NCBI GenBank assembly: GCA_025449515.1
Contig: JANWJI010000043.1
Coordinates: 1-33,703 of the forward strand
Length of the DNA stretch: 33,703 nucleotides
DNA from: Nitrososphaeraceae archaeon
GTDB lineage: Archaea > Thermoproteota > Nitrososphaeria > Nitrososphaerales > Nitrososphaeraceae
Direction of reading: 5' to 3'
Position 1 is the first letter of the stretch. Each line of letters begins with the position of its first letter. Of this stretch, positions 9,957 through 19,381 are shown one piece after another. The notes beneath the pieces were generated by a model, which was not told the origin of the DNA, made no database searches, and saw only the letters and a list, made by a program, of their open reading frames with translations. The position numbers and the translations under genes were made by a program.

Positions 9957-11327
9957 CTATCCATAAGTTTGCATTATGCTTGCCATGCATTTAGTAGCTT
10001 TATTGATCAAATCCAATCTAGCGAATTCATTAGGAGAATGAGATCTATTGTATTTGTATGATCCTCCTATGCAAATACATGGTGCACCGAGTATTTTCTT
10101 AAAATGATACATTGGACCCGAGCCTGCAGAAGAGACGCTAATCACTGCTTTGCCAAAGGTTTCAGTCGCGGCACTTTTAACTGACTTTACAAATGGATTG
10201 TTTATTGATGTCCTGGCAGGCCTCTCGCCATCAATCATCTTCAATTCTATGGAGTTTTCAAATCCCCTTTCTACAAGATGGTTCTGAAAGCGAGCGAATT
10301 GTTTCTCAGGATCCATGTCTGGGACTAGTCTAAATTCTAACCTCGCCATCGCCTTGGCAGGCAATACTGTCTTGCTGCCCTGACCAGTATAACCAGATGA
10401 TAAGCCACATATATTACAAGTGGGTTTCTCAATCAGAGCCTTTCGGAGTTCAACTCCATCCAAGTTATTGACAAATTTCTTTATTCCGTATTCATTCTTA
10501 AAATCATCTTCATCAAATGGTTCATTTTCTATAATACGAATCTCTTCTTCCGTCGTAATCCTTATGTCTCTGTACCATTCATTGATCAAAATCCTTCCGT
10601 TCTTATCACAGATCGTGTCTAAGGCACACACTAATATCCAAGCAGGGTTTTCCACCAAAACTGCCAAACTAGAATGAATGTCATGAGATGGACCTCTTGC
10701 GACTAGATCTACAGACAATATTCCCTTTAGTCCCAAATGTATAACCGCCCTATCCTTCGAATCTACGAGTCCAAATTCCCAAATTATTCCATCGCAAGCA
10801 AATTTCTTCTTGTATTTGGTAAGAAATTCTTGAATATGTAAACTTCCTATCTCCTCTTCTCCCTCGACAATAAATTTTATGTTACATGGAACATCTCCTG
10901 TCTCCTTCAAATAATATTCAACAGCCTTAATTCGAGTAATTAATTCCCCTTTATCGTCGGATGAACCACGCCCAAAAATGTAATTACCGTCAACATCGCC
11001 ACTGAATGGATCTGCATTATTCCATAATTCGACAGGTCCTTCTGGTTGGACGTCATAATGATTGTAAAATAATATAGTCTTGCCTGATGGATTTGATCGT
11101 GATTTAACCTCACCGAATACTATCGGAGGTACATCACCCTCTCGATCATTTAAATAAATTAACTCAGTTTTGATATTAGCTTTAGTCATAATTGCTGCCA
11201 CAAGATTTGCACATCTGACGAGGTTTTGTTTATTTGAGGCACTGCTTGGTTGTCGAATTAGAATTTGAAGATCATGTATGATATCATGCATATTGCAATC
11301 AATGGCACAATTTACCTTCATGATCAT
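9957..11327 (-). CDS. M20/M25/M40 family metallo-hydrolase (dipeptidase-like)
   Basis: YNHYDVQP, GRGSSDDKG, EGEEEIGS, DIHSS and HSPNE metal-binding motifs. Confidence 0.95.
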   Translation of the reverse strand: MIMKVNCAIDCNMHDIIHDLQILIRQPSSASNKQNLVRCANLVAAIMTKANIKTELIYLNDREGDVPPIVFGEVKSRSNPSGKTILFYNHYDVQPEGPVELWNNADPFSGDVDGNYIFGRGSSDDKGELITRIKAVEYYLKETGDVPCNIKFIVEGEEEIGSLHIQEFLTKYKKKFACDGIIWEFGLVDSKDRAVIHLGLKGILSVDLVARGPSHDIHSSLAVLVENPAWILVCALDTICDKNGRILINEWYRDIRITTEEEIRIIENEPFDEDDFKNEYGIKKFVNNLDGVELRKALIEKPTCNICGLSSGYTGQGSKTVLPAKAMARLEFRLVPDMDPEKQFARFQNHLVERGFENSIELKMIDGERPARTSINNPFVKSVKSAATETFGKAVISVSSAGSGPMYHFKKILGAPCICIGGSYKYNRSHSPNEFARLDLINKATKCMASIMQTYG

Positions 11328-11424
11328 TTATTGCTTATATAATGTAATAAGAAGTAATAATATTTTCCAGTTAATCTTTGTCTTAGAGGTATTTTCTCCA
11401 ATATTATAAATAATCAATAAATAC

Positions 11425-11961
11425 ATGCGAATACTCTTACCATATGAACAGAAAATAGAGCATAATATTATTATATATTCAAATATTGTAGATCTTGTAG
11501 ATATTTACACAAATTATTGCAAAAATGCACTCTCTTCAAATGAAATCGTTCTGATTTCATCGCACTACGAATCTGCGGCCAGGATATTTGAAATTTTGAA
11601 GGATAATATCAATTCCATCGAAACATATAAGGCAAATGGTTCACTCGTGATCGTGAATTCGACAAGAGCATACTTTGGCCTAAAAAATGATTTTGTAGGA
11701 ATGATGATAATGCTAAAAATGTTGCTCACACGTAGAACTAAGTTATCCAAAGATGGAATAATGGTGATCTCTGACATGGGAAATTTTTTCCATCCTCTCT
11801 TAAGGATCAATGACCTTTTCAGACATGAAGAGGAAATATCCTCTGCTACATCTTTGCAATTTAGATTTTACTGCAGTTATTCTACATTTGATTTAGATTC
11901 CTTTAGCAAAGACCAAGAGCAGGAACTAATGAAAAAGCATAATAGACTTATTAATTTATGA
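11425..11961 (+). CDS. MEDS-domain protein (stand-alone sensory domain)
   Basis: EHNIIIYS at the N-terminus, NGSLVIVNS, VISDMGNFF, and the C-terminal CSY...LMKKH pattern typical of MEDS. Divergent from the M20 gene. Confidence 0.75.
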   Translation: MRILLPYEQKIEHNIIIYSNIVDLVDIYTNYCKNALSSNEIVLISSHYESAARIFEILKDNINSIETYKANGSLVIVNSTRAYFGLKNDFVGMMIMLKMLLTRRTKLSKDGIMVISDMGNFFHPLLRINDLFRHEEEISSATSLQFRFYCSYSTFDLDSFSKDQEQELMKKHNRLINL

Positions 11962-12196
11962 GACGGGGTTTGTAGATACATTAATAGAGCGAAACAACTG
12001 TAATGTAATAGCATGCGGTTGTCTCTTATCAGATATCGGCTTATGCGGATGAGGAGGATATCTAAGAATAAGCTTTTCCTGATCGTTAGGTCTCTCATAT
12101 TTTTCTACCTTAGCATTAAAATCAAGCTTGGATGGGTTTAGATAAAGAATATCTCCCAATGGTGTGGTCTAGTAAGCCAATACTAAAAAAGTATAG

Positions 12197-12502
12197 TCAT
12201 GGCCTATACCAATTTGAAAAGTTGCTTTCTTCTGATCTATTTCTTGACCAAATCCTTTGTTTCCACAAATACTTTATCAGGAGGAAATGCTTTGCAATAA
12301 AGCCAAGAGATATCGAAATCGCGCCACCCGCAAGAAATCGTAAGCCGATAATTTTGAATCCATCAGCTTCTTCACTAATAGATATGAAATTACTTCCGAT
12401 GAAGATACAAACTATTCCAAAGGCCAGAATTATTATGCCCGCTATCAAGAAGGGCTTAAACAGCATCGCGGACTCGTTATTAGATTTAGTCATTGGCCCC
12501 AC
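12197..12502 (-). CDS. Small two-TM membrane protein
   Basis: Two clear hydrophobic helices with a basic C-terminal tail; the start may be ATG 12493. Confidence 0.55.
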   Translation of the reverse strand: MGPMTKSNNESAMLFKPFLIAGIIILAFGIVCIFIGSNFISISEEADGFKIIGLRFLAGGAISISLGFIAKHFLLIKYLWKQRIWSRNRSEESNFSNWYRP

Positions 12503-13906
12503 ACTAGTAATATGACTCGACTAATTAAATTATTTAGGTCATAATCTTCGCTCGTCTGAGCGGACTATGAACAATCATTGAAAATTTAGATTCCCTTTTC
12601 AATATGAAACAGATATCGTATGAATATCAAGATGCATCAACAGTTAAGTATGTTCCAAATTCGCATGGAGGTCGTGCTATTTATCGTCGCTATGTTAATT
12701 CCTTTCAGATCTCCTAACAACTTCAGGTAGAGCATTTCCATCGTCAGACGACAAACGAGGTTCGTTTTTACAGTTAAATATGAGAGAGCGTAAAGTAACA
12801 ATCTCAAAGGGCTTTTAACTCATTAAGGGGAATTCTTAACCTCAGAGCGAGAACTGAAATTTGTCGTCATGTTCGATATCCTTCGAATATGCATTGAACA
12901 AACCAAACGATCTATTTCAACCGTCGATTCATCAGTTGGTTATATAGATTCTCTATAAATCCAGTGATTTCTCTCACTGGAAAGGTTAGAATATGTCAGC
13001 TCAGCATTTAGGGCAGTAACGTGCAGATTTCAATAAATCCGATTACTTTTACGACTTGTCCTGAGATGAAAATATGTATCTATTAATATAGCCGTCTTTT
13101 GGGTTTACTATTTCCAAAAGGCTCCAATTTAGCAATTATCGACCGCAGAAAACTAACTAAATACTAGAAGTAGACGACTCATCCTCATAGGTCAACGCTA
13201 TAGACATAGGACCAATTTCGCTCATACAAATTTTCATATTATCTTTCGATGGGGCGAGTTAATGTTTGAATCCCTTAAGTTTTCAATGCCTCACTTTTGG
13301 AGGTATTTAATCCCATTTATGATTTTGACAAGATACTCTTGATCGCAGCGACTGCAGTCACTGCACAGTAACTGCAATATATCATCCTTGTATTGTAGAA
13401 ACAGGACTTGGATTTTCCTCGTGAGATATATATGGCCTAAGTTAAGTGGAGAGGGGTTTGACTAGATGACAAGGTTAGGAATATTTCACTTGCAAAGTCC
13501 ATCACTAAATAGCGAACCTGTTCATGCCCGGTACTATTCTGAAGTTCCCAAGGTGGTTAAGTCCTCTTCATATCACGTGTCATAATACGAGGCTGATTTC
13601 CAGATCTGCCTCTAGGTGAAAGCGCTTGATTCTCCAAATTAGCGTGATCTCGATTTAATTTCCGAAACTGGAATTCGATCTTTTGGTTTTTACCTCAACT
13701 TTCATGTGTTATTTCGATCTCAATACTCATCACAAATATCGTTCCCGAGGCCGAGTTGACAAATTCCCAGTTGTGCTTCTTACGTAGAATACGCAAACAA
13801 CAATCCATACAAAATTATTAAATGCCAAAAACGGCTTATGAGTATACTTATGTGCGAAGATCAGAGAATTGACAAACGGGTAATTTCAGGGATTCCCATA
13901 CTACGT

Positions 13907-14236
13907 CTATTTCTTAACCGCTTTTCCCGAGTAATACTCCATGAAATCCTGGGAAAAGTCTGCAGTTTCCGCGATGCTGAGTTGGTTGTTTGTGGATTGT
14001 TCCTTAATCCAAATAATATTTCCGTCAAGATCAATCTCTATTTTTTTCGAATTCTTCAGGTATCTCAGAATTGCGTTAATCATATCTAGGTTCAGTTTTG
14101 GGGCTAACAGTTTTTGTAAATTTCTCACCTTAGGGTAGCCATCTACCTTTCTTAAGGTTGCTAGGAACAGGTCCAAGTGTTCATCTCTAAATTCTCCTGG
14201 CGATGTAATTTTATTTTTTCTTCCCTTATTTTTCAA
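13907..14236 (-). CDS. Hypothetical protein with a winged-helix-like region
   Basis: LDMINAILRYLKNSKKIEIDLDGNIIW resembles a recognition helix plus beta-hairpin wing; TTG start. Confidence 0.7.
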   Translation of the reverse strand: MKNKGRKNKITSPGEFRDEHLDLFLATLRKVDGYPKVRNLQKLLAPKLNLDMINAILRYLKNSKKIEIDLDGNIIWIKEQSTNNQLSIAETADFSQDFMEYYSGKAVKK

Positions 14237-14800
14237 TTTAAATCGTTATCACCACATAATAATTAGGAGCAACATTAAACCCAAATATACTAAATGAAGT
14301 CTCTCATATTAACCAACAACAACCACTGTAATTAAGCATCCTCGCTTCGATATAGCCGCCATTTAAGTTGATGACCTATACCTTGCTTTGATGATTATAA
14401 CGAATCCGTTCGAGCTTATAATTAAGATAGATATATTCAGCACGGTATATTTTATGAGCATTACGAGTTTAAGTTCTACAAAGCTATTTACTGTCCAGAT
14501 ACTATTAATGGTATAATCGCGGGAGTTTATGACAAATACGGTCTCAAATTTCTGTAGGGATGTCAAAATCAGGACGATTTGACGTAAGATTTGGTGAGAA
14601 AATAAGACATCTGGTAATGGAGTAACTAAACTTAAATCCACCTTTAGATGGGATTCATTCATTTCACGATACTCATTCCCTGAGAGAGGAACACACTAAT
14701 CCCATTATTACTAACAAGCTTGGAGAGTCACTCTCTGCTGAAATTCGAACTGGAGTATAATTCCGATAGATAAGATGCATTATCACAACAGGATTAAGAA

Positions 14801-15184
14801 TTATTTAGATTTGGAGACTATGTCGCCGTCGATGTGCTCAACAAAATATGTTGAACCATCTTTCTTATTTTGAACTTTCCATGCAAAATAGTTGCCACCG
14901 CTAATGGTGGAAGTTGCGGTACCTAGATATTGCCCAATGGAATTCGAATTTGCATTAGATTCATAAAATTCACCATTTCCTTTAATATAGACATAACCCA
15001 CCGCAAAATCTTTTGGACTAAGATGCATTGAATTATTTTGGGCGATAACTATAGAAATGGCGGCTTCTGGCGGGATGGGAATTCGGTTGATAGTCGGCTG
15101 ATCAAGTGAACCCGTTAAGGCCAAATAGACTATGATCGTTGCACCGATTCCTATTCCGAGAGATAGGATCACTTTTTTATCCAA
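14801..15184 (-). CDS. Membrane-anchored hypothetical protein, weakly PepSY-like
   Basis: N-terminal TM; IPPEAAISIV...YFAWKV...TYFVEHIDGDIV resembles the PepSY pattern; TTTATA box at 15213-15218 on the minus strand. Confidence 0.7.
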   Translation of the reverse strand: MDKKVILSLGIGIGATIIVYLALTGSLDQPTINRIPIPPEAAISIVIAQNNSMHLSPKDFAVGYVYIKGNGEFYESNANSNSIGQYLGTATSTISGGNYFAWKVQNKKDGSTYFVEHIDGDIVSKSK

Positions 15185-15213
15185 TCTTAATTATTCATGT
15201 AAAATATTCAAAT

Positions 15214-15230
15214 ATAAATCTAAGATTTAT
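15214..15230. promoter_or_regulatory. Palindromic operator candidate overlapping a TATA box
   Basis: ATAAATCT-A-AGATTTAT has perfect 8-bp arms and covers the TATA/BRE region of the 14801-15184 gene. Confidence 0.5.
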
Positions 15231-15873
15231 TCACGTTCGAAACATAGTCCTAACACGCGCCTCGCACTGATTAAGAGATCCAGGAATTTGCAAAGATCTA
15301 AATGAGGGCTCATTGTTCCGTACCTCTTACAGTTCGTCAATTTAGCTGTCTAATTCTAATCGTTTTGAACAGGATAGGAGATATTTGAGCATCACCCTCG
15401 AGCCTAATTTGTAATACGAAATGTACAAGACTCCTCTTCACCAAGTTTAAATAGATATGTAGTGTGCTGTGAATATCGGATCATGCCGACCCTAAGCGGT
15501 ACTATAATGCGTAGCAGCAATATAATTCATGCAACGGGGATAGATACAACTCACAATGCATGATTTTTAGCATATCACAATTTGTCATTGATGTACTAAT
15601 GATCGCTAACAAGAGTAATACCGCTAAATATAATTAATAGAATTTATTATTTTGACAGGCTTTGTCCCAACTACATTGAGATTTTGTGTTCGTGACTTTC
15701 TTCCAGATTCTTAAAGCACAAGTCCAGTTGACTTATTTTTATCATTCTAAATCGAAGTCATGTTGTTGTATCCTCTATTATTTTGGCATAATTCGATTAA
15801 TTGTTTAGATATAAACATGAAAAGTGAATCTGTCTCAGCCAGTATGAATACCGTGGTGGAGATCGATATTCTG

Positions 15874-16896
15874 TTAATAATGTTCCGCGTTCGCGAAGCG
15901 ACCGCTATTTACGCTAGTTCTATTATATTTTCGCGCGATTCCATTCATAGTGAGCCAAACGACAGACGCGATGCTCAATCCCATAATGAATGTTCTAATG
16001 AACTCAGAAATTGTATTTTGGAATGTATCAATAGAATTCCTATTTCGAATATTCTTGTCATTAACAACTTGCAAACTGCCTAAATCCAACAAAATGGATG
16101 ACCCTTCATACATGAAGTCTCCTGCATATTTCAACTGGACATTCTTCAGGCTATTAACAAGATTCGTCGAATTACTATATGTTATATATTGTTGAATAGG
16201 AATTACTGCTTTGCCGCTATGATTCGTGACTGCTGTGATTCTTCTCCCGTTTGTTGCATCTACTAATTGTATGAGAGATTTCGAAATCCCATCATTAAGA
16301 TCCTCTTTATCAACAAGGGTTGTTGACAGAAAACCATCGCTTTTATTCTTAATATTGGGACCAATGTGTCTATCAATGGAAATGACACTACCATGTCGCT
16401 GTACTTCAATCGCGTATGTTTCACTGTGTATGCTATGGCTCTCATCACTGTTCGCTTCATATATTTTCAAGTTATTGGTGCTTCTTAACATTGCCGTCAA
16501 TTTGTGAGGATTAGACTTGCTCGCCGAGGCAGAGTAGATATGATATATAGGTCCCCACTTACCATTGCTTGAAGTTATTGGGATGCCTTGAGATTGACTA
16601 CCATCTCCCCAATCAACATCTACTTGGTAATCTCTTAAATGAGCATGTTTTGTTACGCCTATTACTCCCACCTGGTCGATTCCCCATCTAGGTGATGTGT
16701 TACCCACGAAGGCAATCGTTATAGAAGGAATGCTCTTTGCTGAGACTTCAATTACCCCATTTACAAGGTATCCTAAAACGAGCAAAGAAAAACCAAATAA
16801 TGAGAGAAATACCACCTTATGTGATAGTATAGGTTCTACATGCAAAAAGCGCGAAGCAAGGAATGCAAGTCTTCTTACTCGTAAGATCTCGTTCAC
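15874..16896 (-). CDS. Surface protein with PKD/Ig-like beta-sandwich domains and N- and C-terminal TM anchors
   Basis: VDVDWGDGS...HIY (PKD-like) and AVTNHSGKA...LKYAGD (Ig-like) motifs; TM helices at both ends. Confidence 0.75.
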   Translation of the reverse strand: MNEILRVRRLAFLASRFLHVEPILSHKVVFLSLFGFSLLVLGYLVNGVIEVSAKSIPSITIAFVGNTSPRWGIDQVGVIGVTKHAHLRDYQVDVDWGDGSQSQGIPITSSNGKWGPIYHIYSASASKSNPHKLTAMLRSTNNLKIYEANSDESHSIHSETYAIEVQRHGSVISIDRHIGPNIKNKSDGFLSTTLVDKEDLNDGISKSLIQLVDATNGRRITAVTNHSGKAVIPIQQYITYSNSTNLVNSLKNVQLKYAGDFMYEGSSILLDLGSLQVVNDKNIRNRNSIDTFQNTISEFIRTFIMGLSIASVVWLTMNGIARKYNRTSVNSGRFANAEHY

Positions 16897-17071
16897 GGAT
16901 GATAAATAAGGTTGGTTTCTATTTTGCTTAACTGTTATTTGTCTATGAATTATTCACATCGTTAATTAGAGAAAATTAATGCTAACCATAAACTGTAACG
17001 AAGACATAACTGAATAGTATTTTTCAGTAAACAAGTTCTGACTAATATGTACTTATGATTTCGTACATATA

Positions 17072-17088
17072 ATCTTAAGTCGAATTAA
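17072..17088. repeat. Third copy of the dyad core ATCTTAAGTCGAATTAA
   Basis: 17-bp exact match to 17716-17732 and 17793-17809. Confidence 0.8.
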
Positions 17089-17686
17089 TATCGGCGTAGA
17101 ATTATTTTAAAATTTTGACGCAAATTGCTTTCTATGTTTCGTGTCGCTAAAAAAGCACATAATTAACGTTGTTCACCTCGATAAAAAACAAAAATGATAT
17201 AAGCAATTGGATCTGGCTACATTTTCAATCTGCTTACTCTCTTTTCGATTCTTGTGTTCTTTTTTGCAATACTAATAGTGATTCAAGAGTACACGCTGAA
17301 AATCGTATTCAACCAGCATTAACTAAAATGCGCTCTTGTAGACCAAGCTGTCAGACAGAATATAGTAGGACTTCTAGATAATTTTGGAAACACGCACGTC
17401 ACAACCAATAGAGTCTTTTAGTAAAAGACAGAAACGATAGAGAACATATGAGATATTAGTGCAAAGGACTTACGTATATGCATCTGCTCATGACAATAAG
17501 ACGGCACAGGTTGACTCTGTTACGAGTCCAGCTATACCTATGATTAAGCTCGACGAAAAAGTAGCGTTTAGAGCCGTGCCTCATCCGTGAGTGGCCTCGA
17601 TTATTAGATTTTATACTTGCGAAGACATCGATCTCCACCCAGATATGAATTACCTTAGAGATAGGCAAGGACAAATTTACCGAATT

Positions 17687-17840
17687 CGATATACATGGAA
17701 TTGTTAGAAGTAGTGATCTTAAGTCGAATTAAGATATAGATATTTTAGTCTTGGCAAAAGGCACGATTTACATGGAATAGTTAGAAGTAGTGATCTTAAG
17801 TCGAATTAAGATATAGATATTTTAGTCTTGGCAAAAGACA
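17687..17840. repeat. Tandem duplication of 2 x 77 bp containing a 20-bp dyad
   Basis: 17687-17763 and 17764-17840 differ at 3 positions; each copy carries ATCTTAA-GTCGAA-TTAAGAT. Confidence 0.95.
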
Positions 17841-18333
17841 CTATAATCCCGAATGTGGATCCATGAGTATGAAAATTATCGATCCATATCGTCCATCCAT
17901 TTCGGGAGTGATCTATGGCGATGCACACAATAAAGGTGTAATCGTCAAAGCTCTAAATTCAAAGACCGCATATCTGAACTTTTTTCGTATCAGTCGGAGA
18001 TCGCAAAGTATAGATGAGGAATAAATCATTCGACTTGAATTGAATCATGATATCACTGTCATGAAGTACTCGGATAAAGACTCAAATAGAAATCTAATGA
18101 AACTACTGCATATACCAAATTCATTGAAAAATCTGCCTATTAAAGTGTTGACTAACTTGATAAAAATATTGAATTTGCCCATGCTCATAAAATCTATCTG
18201 AATCAGGATTAATCATTAGATAACCTTAGAAAGAATATCGATTAATTTTACATAGAAAAACCTCTCAGAATGTTGTAATTATTTATAAGTATTAAACGAT
18301 AGGTAAAATAACCACATAAGCATTGATCCCTTT

Positions 18334-18933
18334 ATGCTGTTAAAGATATTGGGTGTCGGCGGCAGCATGCGAGAAACCTCACGCAGTACCCTCGCATTAA
18401 AGATCATATTGGAGGCTGGAAAGACATATGGTGCAGAAACTCGACTACTTGATTTGCGAAAACATCCTTTACCATTTTATGATCCTAACAGATATCATGA
18501 TGATACCGACAGACATGATATTCGAAGGATTACCGATGACGTGAATTGGGCTGACGCTCTAATACTAGCATCCCCAGATTATCACGGTTCTATGTCAGGT
18601 ACAATAAAGAATTTTCTCGATCATTTTTGGTGGGAGTTCGCGGGCAAAACATTTGCCTACGTTTGCACGTCACACGAAAGGGGCTTGACAGTCATGGATC
18701 AGATGCGGACAGCTGTGCGACAATGTTATGGATGGAGTATGCCATATGGAGCGGCGATTAATGGCGACCATGATTTTAATGAAAATGGAAACATAACAAA
18801 CCTTGCTGTGGAGAGACGCCTGAGAATGCTCGCTCGAGACTTGGTTATTTACGGTAGAATAATAAGAGAACAATTTCAAAATGATCTAGCTAGTAGTGAG
18901 GTTGCGACATTTGCGGCCCAGTATAGAAAGTAA
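18334..18933 (+). CDS. NADPH-dependent FMN reductase (flavodoxin-like fold)
   Basis: GVGGSMRETSRS (FMN phosphate loop), ADALILASPDYHGSMSGTIKNFLD and FAGK. Confidence 0.93.
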   Translation: MLLKILGVGGSMRETSRSTLALKIILEAGKTYGAETRLLDLRKHPLPFYDPNRYHDDTDRHDIRRITDDVNWADALILASPDYHGSMSGTIKNFLDHFWWEFAGKTFAYVCTSHERGLTVMDQMRTAVRQCYGWSMPYGAAINGDHDFNENGNITNLAVERRLRMLARDLVIYGRIIREQFQNDLASSEVATFAAQYRK

Positions 18934-19347
18934 ATTAGCACAAGATCCAGCTAACATGGTCAGATACCTCTAGGGATGTTTTCCCCCAAGAATTAGTATA
19001 GCGAATCCTTCATATTTCTTGTAGATCCTATTTATCTTACATGGCTGGAGCAAATTCCTAATTAAATGTATATTCGATAAATAATTCAATCTAAAATGAC
19101 ATTTACGGCTACAAAAGATCTCTCATTTTATGGACTTTTTTTTGATTCTACATGTCAATAGCCTAGCTGCCATGTTAGTGGCCGAAGCGATACTCTTAAA
19201 ATTTATTCTCAATCTATAAGCACTTTACCATGTCGTCATTACTTTGTTCGATTTCATGAATTCAGCGACCTTGATAATATTAGACTATATACTTCTACTA
19301 AAAGGCACTTATCCGCAACTTAATTAAAGTTCACTCAGATTTGATGC

Positions 19348-19355
19348 TTTTTATA
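19348..19355 (+). promoter_or_regulatory. Archaeal TATA box for hel308
   Basis: TTTTTATA 27-34 nt upstream of ATG 19382. Confidence 0.55.
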
Positions 19356-19381
19356 CACAATAATCATTAGAAGGTGTCAAT

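Noticed and set aside
12132..12515. Plus-strand 127-aa ORF
   Set aside because: Antisense to the more plausible two-TM protein gene.
14363..14662. 99-aa minus-strand ORF
   Set aside because: No motif, and its composition is typical of AT-rich chance ORFs; it cannot be supported.
14769..14784. GATAA-GATGCA-TTATC as another dif-like site
   Set aside because: Only 5-bp arms and a different spacer, so it is expected by chance.
17687..17840. CRISPR array
   Set aside because: The copies are contiguous with no unique spacers, and no cas genes are present.
17863..18024. 53-aa ORF (MSMKIIDPY...) after the duplication
   Set aside because: No recognisable motif or other support for coding.
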